From the NCBI GenBank assembly GCA_964291285.2, contig OZ219787.1:2048001-2112000 (forward strand): a stretch of DNA of 64,000 nucleotides, in the 5' to 3' direction. This DNA is from Alphaproteobacteria bacterium (lineage in GTDB: Bacteria > Pseudomonadota > Alphaproteobacteria > Bin95). The notes beneath the pieces are model-generated. The model saw only the letters and a program-made list of their open reading frames with translations. It made no database searches and was not told the DNA's origin. Positions 51,241 through 59,584 of this stretch are shown piece after piece; position 1 is the first letter of the stretch; every line of letters starts with the position of its first letter. Both the position numbers and the translations under genes were made by a program.

Positions 51241-52227
51241 CTACCTGCCCTCCTGCCGCCTCGCGCCGAAGGACCCGAGAATGCCGAGCTGCTCCATCGT
51301 CCCGACGCTCTCCTGATGACCCGGCCCATAGAAACCGCCCGTAATGCGGTTCCCGGCAACGCCTGCATCGAACGTCCCGTCCACGCGAACGGGCACATTG
51401 TCGAACCGCACCCGAGGCACGCTGTGCGGCCGCCGGTTGACCAGGTCGTAAATGTCCGAAAACACCGCATCGAGCGAGGAGTCCCCGCCGTCATAGGTCA
51501 GCGTCGCCTCACCCTGCAGCGGCAGATAGCCGTTGGCCGAACTGCCGATCAGCACACCCCGCCAGACCAGATCGAAGTCCGGCAGCGGCGCAGGCCGCGT
51601 CCCGGCAATATCTCCGCCTGCAAGGCCGTAGCGCCACTCCGTCTCCCACCCGTCATCGACCGAAAGCGCATGGCTGAAGACGAACCCGCTATGGTGCATC
51701 CAGGCGCCCAGGCTCCGCATGTCGGGCGTATCGGGCGTCGCCTCCCGCACATCCGCCTGAGCCTCCAGGAGCGTGATTCCGTGCCGGCTCCCCCAGCCAC
51801 TCGAAGCCCGCGTCACCCAGTCGAGGTCGCTCCTCCCGAAACCCCGCGGCACGCCGCCATCGGAGGCATCGCCGGCATCGCCCACCTCGCGCAGCGAACA
51901 CGACGTCCCCTCGCACATCGCCTCCAAGATGAAATCGACCCGTTCCAGCTCCTCCGGCGGCTCGATGACCGGGTCCGGAGGAAGCCCATCCACTTCCGGC
52001 GGCAGCTCGCGCCGCTGCCCATGCACCCGCGTCGCCAGAAGCGAGTCCGTCCGGAACAGGATTTCAGCGGTCCGCGCCGCCTGCTCCCCGCCTGTCTCCG
52101 CAGGCGGCTCCACCCCGGGCGCCGGGCCGGGAGGAGAAGGAAGACGCCGCTCCTCAGTGCCGCCACAAGCCGCCAACGCGAGGCCGCACGCAAACGCGGC
52201 GCCAACTGACCGGAAACGCGAACGCAT
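51241..52227 (-). CDS. TbpB/fHbp-like beta-barrel lipoprotein
   Basis: Lipobox LAACGG, GAWMHHSGF, WRGVLIG..GEATLT, and C-terminal GGFYGPGHQESVG..GSFGARR. Confidence 0.7.
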   Translation of the reverse strand: MRSRFRSVGAAFACGLALAACGGTEERRLPSPPGPAPGVEPPAETGGEQAARTAEILFRTDSLLATRVHGQRRELPPEVDGLPPDPVIEPPEELERVDFILEAMCEGTSCSLREVGDAGDASDGGVPRGFGRSDLDWVTRASSGWGSRHGITLLEAQADVREATPDTPDMRSLGAWMHHSGFVFSHALSVDDGWETEWRYGLAGGDIAGTRPAPLPDFDLVWRGVLIGSSANGYLPLQGEATLTYDGGDSSLDAVFSDIYDLVNRRPHSVPRVRFDNVPVRVDGTFDAGVAGNRITGGFYGPGHQESVGTMEQLGILGSFGARRQEGR

Positions 52228-52772
52228 CACCGGACCGCCCGCTGTTGCGACCGCATGATTACGATCATCCCGCCGCAAAGCGCGCACGTGAACGCGAGGA
52301 CAAACACCGTCAGCAGCACGACCTCAACGCCCTGGACCGCAAGTTCCGGCGGGGGGGCCTCTCCCATCCAAGCCGCCTGCACCAACGCGGACAGGCAATA
52401 GCCCAGTGGAACGAGAGCCATTCCCATCGAGAACAGCATGGTCGCAAGAACGCCCCCGGCCGCCGCAAAAGCAGCGCGACCCCAGGCACCGTGCCGGCCT
52501 TTCAAGCCGGGGCTCGTCTTCCAGACAAGGACGGCGCCGACCGCCCAGGCGACCGCGCCGCCCGCGTAGAACAGAACCTCCCACGAGGAACGCAGCCAGT
52601 CCGATCCCAGGGCGAGCAGCGCCAGGCCCACGACACCCGCTCCCGCGCCGGCCATCGCCAGCGCACCGGCCACTCCGATGCAAAAGTGCCGCCAGTCTTC
52701 CTTCGTCGCCTGAATACCCAGGTCCGCCATCATTGACGGAACACGCCGCCAACCGCCCAGGAGTGACGTCAT
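52227..52772 (-). CDS. Membrane protein
   Basis: About four TM segments; operon-coupled. Confidence 0.6.
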   Translation of the reverse strand: MTSLLGGWRRVPSMMADLGIQATKEDWRHFCIGVAGALAMAGAGAGVVGLALLALGSDWLRSSWEVLFYAGGAVAWAVGAVLVWKTSPGLKGRHGAWGRAAFAAAGGVLATMLFSMGMALVPLGYCLSALVQAAWMGEAPPPELAVQGVEVVLLTVFVLAFTCALCGGMIVIMRSQQRAVR

Positions 52773-53290
52773 TTCCGTACCTCCGGTTCTCCGAACAGCG
52801 CTTCCCAGCACTGTCGCCGCGCTTCACGTTCGCCCCGTATCAGTTCCCACCAGGCCCGCCAGAGGCCGATGCCCCGGCGTTCGGCCACAAGTGCGATCCA
52901 TGCGCCGTCCGCAATGCACCCGAGAACCAGAGCCGAAAACGCAACCCAGACCGCCAGGCCCGCCGTTCCATCGCCTCCTGCCGTCGCGAAAACGATCGCC
53001 AGGACGATCAGCCCCATCCGGGACCCGCCCATCCGGTCTACAGGCAGAGACGCCCTGTGCCTCGCATGCTCCCATCGGTGCAGGCCGGCGAACACGAGGA
53101 CGCCGCAGAAATACCCGCCGAAAACGACAGCCACCCGTTCCGGCCGCGACCCCGCCGGATCGAAAAACTCCAGTACGACGAATAGAGCCCCCGCCATCGC
53201 CGACATTGCCAGAGAGCGCGCCCCATGCACGAAATCCCATCCGCAGTCCCTCACCGCAGGAACTTCATCCGGCCGTGTCCCGGGCCTCAC
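52769..53290 (-). CDS. Membrane protein (paralog family member 3)
   Basis: VVFGGY and IADGAWIALVAERRGIGLWRAWW; GTGA overlap. Confidence 0.62.
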   Translation of the reverse strand: MRPGTRPDEVPAVRDCGWDFVHGARSLAMSAMAGALFVVLEFFDPAGSRPERVAVVFGGYFCGVLVFAGLHRWEHARHRASLPVDRMGGSRMGLIVLAIVFATAGGDGTAGLAVWVAFSALVLGCIADGAWIALVAERRGIGLWRAWWELIRGEREARRQCWEALFGEPEVRK

Positions 53291-54024
53291 CACTCTCCTC
53301 CCCGCCCGGATCGCGCGAGGCCGACCTCCCATCGCAACCCTGCGACGGCCGCCAGCCAGCTTGCCGCTCTTGCCGCCCGTTCCAGTCGGCGCACCTCTCG
53401 CACTGCTTCCAGGAAGGACAACCCACGATCGACCGCCAGCACCGCCAACCAGGCCCCGGCGGACCAACCGGACAGCAGCATGGCGGCCCCACCCGCCAGC
53501 AAACCGGCGACAAGCTGCCCCGACAGCAGCAGAACCGCCGACATGCCCGCGAAAACAAGCCCCGCCGGCGTCATCTCCAGAGGCGCCCCCATACGGCTGC
53601 CCCATCGGGAATACAGAAAGAAGGAAGCCGCTACCGCGACCGGGTAAAACAGACAGGCCCCGGCAACGAACCCTGCTCCCCCCACTCCGCAAATCAACAG
53701 CGCAAGCGCGAAAAACAGCGTCACGAGTGCCGCCAACCTGTAGGACCGACCTATATGTACGATCTGCGCACAATGGACCGTTGCCTCCAGGTCGAGGTCG
53801 CGGCTTACCTGGACACCTCCAACCAATACCTTCCCCTCCTCTTCGACGCCGCCGCCGTCATTCTCATCTCCGTGCTTTTTCTCAGCTTCGCCTCCTCGTT
53901 CCTCGTGCGCGTCATCGCCTCGGTTGCGATCGTCGCCGCCCTCTGCGCCGCTGGCTGGAGCGAATTCGTTCACGACCGCGCCCTGGACCGGGTTCTCGAA
54001 TGCACCTGACTTCCCGACCGTCAT
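53287..54024 (-). CDS. Membrane protein (paralog family member 4) with an acidic N-terminus
   Basis: SAGAWLAVLAVDRGLSFLEAV; ATGA overlap at 54021-54024. Confidence 0.55.
   Translation of the reverse strand: MTVGKSGAFENPVQGAVVNEFAPASGAEGGDDRNRGDDAHEERGGEAEKKHGDENDGGGVEEEGKVLVGGVQVSRDLDLEATVHCAQIVHIGRSYRLAALVTLFFALALLICGVGGAGFVAGACLFYPVAVAASFFLYSRWGSRMGAPLEMTPAGLVFAGMSAVLLLSGQLVAGLLAGGAAMLLSGWSAGAWLAVLAVDRGLSFLEAVREVRRLERAARAASWLAAVAGLRWEVGLARSGRGGEW
53773..54009 (+). CDS. 78-aa two-TM protein antisense to the operon
   Basis: MDRCLQ..TM-TM..RVLECT, with a Cys near each end; GC3-rich on the + strand. Confidence 0.45.
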   Translation: MDRCLQVEVAAYLDTSNQYLPLLFDAAAVILISVLFLSFASSFLVRVIASVAIVAALCAAGWSEFVHDRALDRVLECT

Positions 54025-54586
54025 CGCCCAATCCCGATGACCGGACTGTCCAACCCAGTCGCTGTGGGGACGACCGCAGCGCCCCAGCCCATGCCCGGCC
54101 CGAACACCGCACAACCCTGCCGCAAAGAGCGGCCCCGCATCCGCAGGACGCTCCCTTGCCGCACCGGCGAGCAAATGCTCCCAACCCTTTCCACTGACCG
54201 CGCCATCATTCCCGCCCCTCCCCGACGCCGAAGGTGGCCGGGAAGAGCCGGCACCAGCGCTCGTTCTCCGCATCGAGGCAGAGCTCCGGACGCAGCGTCT
54301 CGGCCGAAAGGCCAAGCCGCGCCCGCTCCGTGTTCCAGTCGACCAGTGTAGGTGACGGTCGTAAAAGGCGCTTATTTGCTGGCGTTGCGCGTTTTTGCGG
54401 GGCGTGATGATCGCAGTGATTGTGGTGCGGCGGTGTTTGTGACGGGGGCCTGGGACGGAAGGAGGGCGTAGCCCGACTGGAGTCGCCGGCCCCCGTCGCG
54501 TTGATATTTTCGCCTGCCGAGGGGAGGGTGTCCTGGCGCTGTCGGCGGGGGTCGCCGGGCTGCGCGAGGGGGTAGACTGGGGCTGC

Positions 54587-54732
54587 TGAGAACGATGCGG
54601 CGCCGGCCCCGTTTGCTAGGTGGCAACGACCGGCGCCGCACCCCCCGAGCCATGCAAGGCACGGCCCGTATGCGCGGTATCGTAGGCGTTCGGGCGTGGG
54701 TCCACCCCGTTCTCATCGGTCTTTGCGATGAG
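54587..54732 (+). ncRNA. Putative structured RNA leader (multi-stem junction)
   Basis: Pairings 54587-94/54708-15, 54596-606/54630-40 and 54644-50/54688-94; TAGACT -10-like box at 54573. Confidence 0.5.
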
Positions 54733-55162
54733 GAACGCCGCCCGCCTGTTCACCTGCGCTTCGTGCCATCGCCAGGTTGTGCTGTGCCGGCGGTGCGACC
54801 ACGGCAACATCTACTGCTCGCGTCCGTGCAGCGGCCGGGCGCGGCGGCGCTCGCTGCGCCTTGCCGGGCGTCGCTACCAGAACAGCCGGCGGGGCCGTCA
54901 CAAGCATGCCGAACGCCAGCGGCGCTACCGCGAGCGCCGTCGCGTCCGTGCGCCTGAGGAGGGGCGCCGTGCGCAGAAAGTGACGCATCACCCTTTGACC
55001 CGTTCACCGCGCCGTCCTGTTGTGGCGGGCATGCCGGCGGGGCGCTCGGGAAGGAGGCCCTTCGGACCCGACCGTCCCGCCGGAGTGTTCCGCTGCGATC
55101 ACTGCGGGCGGTTCTGCGCCCGGGCGGTCTATCCGGGCCTGCGCCCGGCGCGAAGGGAGTGA
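54728..55162 (+). CDS. Zn-finger / Arg-rich protein upstream of istA
   Basis: CASC..CRRCDHGNIYCSRPC, Arg-rich helix, and C-terminal CDHCGRFC; the stop lies 1 nt before the istA ATG. Confidence 0.78.
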   Translation: MRNAARLFTCASCHRQVVLCRRCDHGNIYCSRPCSGRARRRSLRLAGRRYQNSRRGRHKHAERQRRYRERRRVRAPEEGRRAQKVTHHPLTRSPRRPVVAGMPAGRSGRRPFGPDRPAGVFRCDHCGRFCARAVYPGLRPARRE

Positions 55163-55163
55163 G

Positions 55164-56669
55164 ATGGCGATCGACCAGCAGACCCGGGCCGAGATCCTGC
55201 GGCTGTATTTTGCCGAGAAGTGGCGGATCGGCACGATCGCGCGCCAGCTCGGCGTCCACCACGGCACGGTCGAGCGCGCGGTGGCGGCCGCCGGGGCGCC
55301 CACGCCTGAGAAGCGGCGCAGATCTTCGATGATCGATCCGTTCCTGCCCTTCGTCCGCCAGACCCTGGCGGTCTGGCCGAAGTTGCCCTCCAGCCGGCTC
55401 TACCGGATGGCGGTCGAGCGCGGTTACCGGGGGTGCGAGAGCCACTTCCGGCGCATGATCGCGCCCGAGCGTCCGCGGCCGGTGGCCGAGGCCTATCTGC
55501 GCCTCAAGGCCCTGCCCGGCGAGCAGGCCCAGGTCGACTGGGCCCACTTCGGCAAGGTGAGGATCGGGCGTGCGGAGCGCCCGCTGATGGCCTTCGTGAT
55601 GGTGCTCGGCCACTCGCGCCGCCTCTTCCTGCGCTTCTACCTCAACGCCGGGATGGACAACTTCCTGCGCGGCCATGTCGAGGCCTTCGAGGCTTGGCAG
55701 GGCGTGCCCCGCGAGCTCTGGTACGACAATCTGAAGAGCGTCGTGCTGGAGCGGCGCGGCGACGCCATCCGCTTCAATCCCCGGCTTCTCGACTTCGCAG
55801 GCGCCTACCGCTTCCTGCCGAAGCCGGTCGCGGTCGCCCGAGGCAACGAGAAGGGCCGCGTCGAGCGGGCCATACGCTATGTGCGCGACAGCTTCTTCGC
55901 CGCCCGCGCCTGGCGTGACCTCGACGATCTCAACGCCCAGGCCCGGGAGTGGTGCGAGGGCGTCGCCGCCGACCGCCCCTGGCCGGACGACCGCTCCCTC
56001 ACCGTGAGCGAGGCCTTCGAGCGCGAGCGCGGCTCCCTGATGGCGCTGCCCGACGACCGTCCCCCCGTCGACGAGAGGGTCGAGGTCAGGATCGCCAAGA
56101 CCCCCTATGCCAGGTTCGACCTCAATGACTACAGCGTCCCGCATACCCATGTCCGGCGCACCCTCACCGTGGCCGCGACGCTGGAAGAGGTGCGCATCCT
56201 CGACGGCATGGAGGTCATCGCCCGCCATCCGCGCAGCTTCGACAAGGCGGCCCGCATCGAGAACCCCGAACACATTGAGGAGCTGGTCAGGCGCAAGCGT
56301 CACGCCCGCAGCCTGCGCGGGCAGAGCCGGCTGCTCCAGGCCGCGCCCAACAGCGAGCGCCTGATCGCCGAGGCCGCCCCCCGCGGCGCTTATATCGGCG
56401 CCACCGTCGCCGCCCTGCTGCGCCTGCTCGACCAATACGGCGCCGCCGAGCTCGAAGCCGCCATCGACGAGGCCCTCGAACGCGGCGTCCCCCATCCCAA
56501 TGCCGTGCGCCTCAGCCTCACACGGCGGCGCGAACTGCAGGACAGGCCGCCGCCGATCCCCATCGACCTGCCCAGGGACCCGCGCGTGCGCGACATCGCC
56601 GTGCGCGATCACGATCTCGGCGGATACGACGGGCTGGCCGGCTACCATGAAAAGGACAGCGAAGAATGA
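55164..56669 (+). CDS. istA: IS21 transposase IstA
   Basis: HTH, PGEQAQVDWAHFG, YDNLKSVV, EKGRVERAIRY, and NDYSVP motifs. Confidence 0.95.
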   Translation: MAIDQQTRAEILRLYFAEKWRIGTIARQLGVHHGTVERAVAAAGAPTPEKRRRSSMIDPFLPFVRQTLAVWPKLPSSRLYRMAVERGYRGCESHFRRMIAPERPRPVAEAYLRLKALPGEQAQVDWAHFGKVRIGRAERPLMAFVMVLGHSRRLFLRFYLNAGMDNFLRGHVEAFEAWQGVPRELWYDNLKSVVLERRGDAIRFNPRLLDFAGAYRFLPKPVAVARGNEKGRVERAIRYVRDSFFAARAWRDLDDLNAQAREWCEGVAADRPWPDDRSLTVSEAFERERGSLMALPDDRPPVDERVEVRIAKTPYARFDLNDYSVPHTHVRRTLTVAATLEEVRILDGMEVIARHPRSFDKAARIENPEHIEELVRRKRHARSLRGQSRLLQAAPNSERLIAEAAPRGAYIGATVAALLRLLDQYGAAELEAAIDEALERGVPHPNAVRLSLTRRRELQDRPPPIPIDLPRDPRVRDIAVRDHDLGGYDGLAGYHEKDSEE

Positions 56670-57460
56670 CCGACACCCTCATGAACCGCGCCCGCGCGCT
56701 GGGCCTGCACGGCCTCCTCGCCCATTGGGGCGAAGTCGCGGAGCGCGACTGGCTCGCCTCCCTGATCGCGTGGGAAGAAGATGAGAAGCGCGCCCGAAGC
56801 CTCAAACGCCGCCTCGCCGACGCCCGCCTCGGACAGTTCAAGCCGCTCGCAGACTTCGACTGGGACTGGCCAAGGCGCTGCGACCGCATGGCCGTCGAGG
56901 ACCTCATGACCCTCGACTTCCTCAAGGAGGCCGCAAACCTCGTACTGGTCGGACCCAACGGCGTCGGAAAGTCCACCATCGCCGCCAATATCGCCCACCG
57001 CGCCGTCCTCGAAGGCCACATCGTGCGCTTCGCAACCGCCGCCAGCCTGCTCGGCGAACTCGCCGCCATCGACTCCGACACCCTGCTCCAGCGCAGGCTG
57101 CGCTTCTACGCCCGACAGCACCTGCTGGTCATCGACGAAGTCGGATATCTCTCCTACTCCAACCGCCACGCCGACCTGCTGTTCAACATCGTCTCAAGCC
57201 GCAGCCAGCAGAACTCAACCATAATCACCACGAACCGCCCCTTCGCCGAGTGGAGCGAGGCCTTCCCAAACGCCGCCTGCCTGGTCGCCCTCGTCGACCG
57301 GCTCGTCCACAACGCCGAGATCGTCGCCATCGACGGCGACTCCTGGCGCCGCAAGGAAGCCGAGGAACGTCAGAAGCAGCGCAGCGCCGAACGCCGCCGC
57401 CGGCGCGGACCGAAAGCCGGGCAAAGCACTGGAAAGGCGAACCCGGTCCCGTCGCCATAG
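56666..57460 (+). CDS. istB: IS21 AAA+ helper IstB
   Basis: FDWDWP, GPNGVGKST, LLVIDEVGY, TTNRPF.EW, DRLVH, and GDSWR motifs. Confidence 0.95.
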   Translation: MTDTLMNRARALGLHGLLAHWGEVAERDWLASLIAWEEDEKRARSLKRRLADARLGQFKPLADFDWDWPRRCDRMAVEDLMTLDFLKEAANLVLVGPNGVGKSTIAANIAHRAVLEGHIVRFATAASLLGELAAIDSDTLLQRRLRFYARQHLLVIDEVGYLSYSNRHADLLFNIVSSRSQQNSTIITTNRPFAEWSEAFPNAACLVALVDRLVHNAEIVAIDGDSWRRKEAEERQKQRSAERRRRRGPKAGQSTGKANPVPSP

Positions 57461-57462
57461 CC

Positions 57463-58335
57463 ATGCATCCCTCCCGCCCCCGCGAGCGGCGGGTGCGGGC
57501 CGAGAGCCTGCGGGGCTATCCCCTCGAACCCGTCGCCCGAGCCCTCGGCTACCGCAGCGATCCCGACAATGCCGTGCGCTGGAGACGGCCAGGATCGGTC
57601 CTCTCCATCAACCGCTTCATGTTCTACGACCATCTGCGCGCAGAGGAGGGAGCCGGGGCTATCGAACTGGCGGTCCATGCGCTCGGATGCACCCCGCCGG
57701 ACGCCATCGACTTCCTCGCCGAACTGTCCGACCTCTCAATGCCCCCAGGCGGCCGCCGGCAGGCGCCGGCCAAGGACCCCCGCTGGCCCAACCTCCGGCG
57801 ATACCTCGTCGAGCGGCGCGGCCTCGCGGACGCGCTCGTCACCCTGTGCCGCGACCTCGGCCTGGTCCATGCCGACCCTCACGGCAACCCCGTGTTCGTC
57901 CGCCGAAACGCCGCCGGCGAGGCTACCGGCATCGAAACCGTCACCGCTGACCGCAAAACGACCGCGGGCGGCGGCTTCTGGATGTCCTGGGAGACCGAAT
58001 GGCCACACGCCGTCATCCTGGCCGGCAACGCCCTCGACGCACTCTCCATCCTCTCCCTCCACCTCGGCCCGGTAAAACGCACCGAATGCGCCACCGTCTC
58101 CACCGGCGCCGTCGCCACCAAAGTCCCCAAATGGATCGAGGCATGGAACCCGCGCCTCATCTTCTGTGCATACGACGCCACCACAAACGGCGATCACGCC
58201 GCAAGGCGCCTCGCCCGCAACGACACCAGAATCGTCCGGCTGCGACCCGCACTCGACAACCGGGACTGGAACGACATGCTCATCCGCGACCGAGCCGGCG
58301 AACCAATCGAAACCGATGACCAACAGATCAACTGA
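57463..58335 (+). CDS. DUF3991/Toprim-like (primase-related) passenger protein
   Basis: PLEPVARALGY, GAGAIELAVH, YLVERRGL, N.VF, ALDALS, CAYDA..GD.AA, and RP..DWNDML. Confidence 0.75.
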   Translation: MHPSRPRERRVRAESLRGYPLEPVARALGYRSDPDNAVRWRRPGSVLSINRFMFYDHLRAEEGAGAIELAVHALGCTPPDAIDFLAELSDLSMPPGGRRQAPAKDPRWPNLRRYLVERRGLADALVTLCRDLGLVHADPHGNPVFVRRNAAGEATGIETVTADRKTTAGGGFWMSWETEWPHAVILAGNALDALSILSLHLGPVKRTECATVSTGAVATKVPKWIEAWNPRLIFCAYDATTNGDHAARRLARNDTRIVRLRPALDNRDWNDMLIRDRAGEPIETDDQQIN

Positions 58336-58588
58336 AAAACCGCAACCGGCCGAAAAATGTCAGCGAATAGGCGCGCTCTGTAACCGTCGCTAACAACCAG
58401 CTCCTTCTGCGCCGCCCGCAGCCTCCGGAGCGCTTCCACGTCAGCCTTCAGCTCCTGCAGCACCAGGCGCGCTTCCGCATAGGCAGCAACCCATTCCGAC
58501 GCCGCCGCCGGCGTTTCCTCCGCGCCCACGGCGATCGGCCCCGCAGCCGGGACCAGCGCCAGCGCAACGAAAGCCGCCTTCACCCGCA

Positions 58589-59581
58589 TCAGCATCCGAC
58601 GCAGTTCCCCACGGTCAGCGTGCCGATGAAGCCCGTGGCCGACTCGATCCGGCCCGCGATCACGGCATTCGCGTCCACGTTCCCCGTCGCCGTGACATTC
58701 GTTGCCGTCACGCCCTGGCGGACATTCGCGCTCTGCGCGTCCAGCCGCGTCGTCACGTCCACCTCGTTCGCCACGACCTCGCCCGAGAACTCGGCATCGC
58801 CCGTAAAGGTCACGTTCCCGGGCGCCACGAACGCGCCCTCGACCCGGACCGCGCGTCCGACCGCCAGCTCCCCGTCGATCCTGAAATCCCCGCCGACATC
58901 CACATCGGCAGAGACCTCCAGGTTCTCCGCCTCAAGCCTGCCGACGCCCTGGATGTCGTTCCCGTTCAGGTCGAGGTCCGTCTCCATCCGCGCCGCGTTC
59001 GGGCAGCCCGGACGCTCGCGCCTGAACAGCCAGTCGCCGCAGACGCTCGACCTGTCGAACTGCTGGAACACCGCCAGCGCGTTCTCCTTCGGATCGCCGC
59101 CGGCGTCGGCCTGGAACGCCGTCACGTCCTCATTGATCGTCGGCCCCCGGAGAACGCCGTTCTCGTCCACCACCCCCAGCGCCTGTGTGCCCCGCGCCTC
59201 GAACAGACCCGAGCCCGGCCACCACTCGTCGAAGTCCGGCACCACCTGCATGCTCACCACGCTCAGCCGGTCTCCGCTCCGCAGCACCCAGACCTTGTGC
59301 CCACGCTTCATCGGGTCGCCCGCACCGAAGCCGTCCGGCAGCAGGTCCTGCCCCTCGAGCTCCGTCATCGTGACCTCTCTCGACGCGGGATTGCCGGGCT
59401 CGACGAGGTCCCCGTAGTTGGCATGAACGTATTTCTCGACCTGGCCCGCCAGCACCACCAGCTTCCGCGCGGAGCTCACCTCGATCGAGGCCTGAAGGCG
59501 CTCGTCCACCCACTCCAGCACCTCCGCCCCGACCAGCATCAGAACCGGCACCGACAGAACGAGCCCGACGACCCAACCCAT
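58589..59581 (-). CDS. pilV: PilV-like minor pilin/adhesin (Shufflon_N-like) 1
   Basis: N-terminal TM, KYVHANY..L, LLPDGF, WLFRRERPG.P..ARMETDLDLNGNDI, beta-repeat tail ending CVGC. Confidence 0.75.
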   Translation of the reverse strand: MGWVVGLVLSVPVLMLVGAEVLEWVDERLQASIEVSSARKLVVLAGQVEKYVHANYGDLVEPGNPASREVTMTELEGQDLLPDGFGAGDPMKRGHKVWVLRSGDRLSVVSMQVVPDFDEWWPGSGLFEARGTQALGVVDENGVLRGPTINEDVTAFQADAGGDPKENALAVFQQFDRSSVCGDWLFRRERPGCPNAARMETDLDLNGNDIQGVGRLEAENLEVSADVDVGGDFRIDGELAVGRAVRVEGAFVAPGNVTFTGDAEFSGEVVANEVDVTTRLDAQSANVRQGVTATNVTATGNVDANAVIAGRIESATGFIGTLTVGNCVGC

Positions 59582-59584
59582 CGC

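Larger units (their letters stand above)
54347..58395 (+). mobile_element. IS21-family element, 4049 bp, with two extra ORFs
   Basis: Imperfect 40-bp IRs TGTAGGTGACGGT..GCGCTTATTTGCTG vs TGTTAGCGACGGT..GCGCCTATTCGCTG; 5-bp duplication ACCAG at 54342-54346 and 58396-58400. Confidence 0.92.
54206..58589 (-). pseudogene. Small exported protein (about 110 aa) split by the IS21 element
   Basis: MRVKAAFVALAL..AQKELV joins in frame across the ACCAG duplication to DWNTERARLGL..LCLDAENERWCRLFPATFG..RE* (stop at 54206). Confidence 0.8.

Noticed and set aside
54021-54209. 62-aa minus-strand ORF bridging two operon genes
   Set aside because: ATGA overlaps suggest it may be translated, but the sequence has no recognisable features, so it was not annotated.
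54021-58600. Shufflon downstream of pilV
   Set aside because: No tyrosine recombinase and no repeated sfx-like sites seen; the interval is explained by the IS21 element and a split gene.
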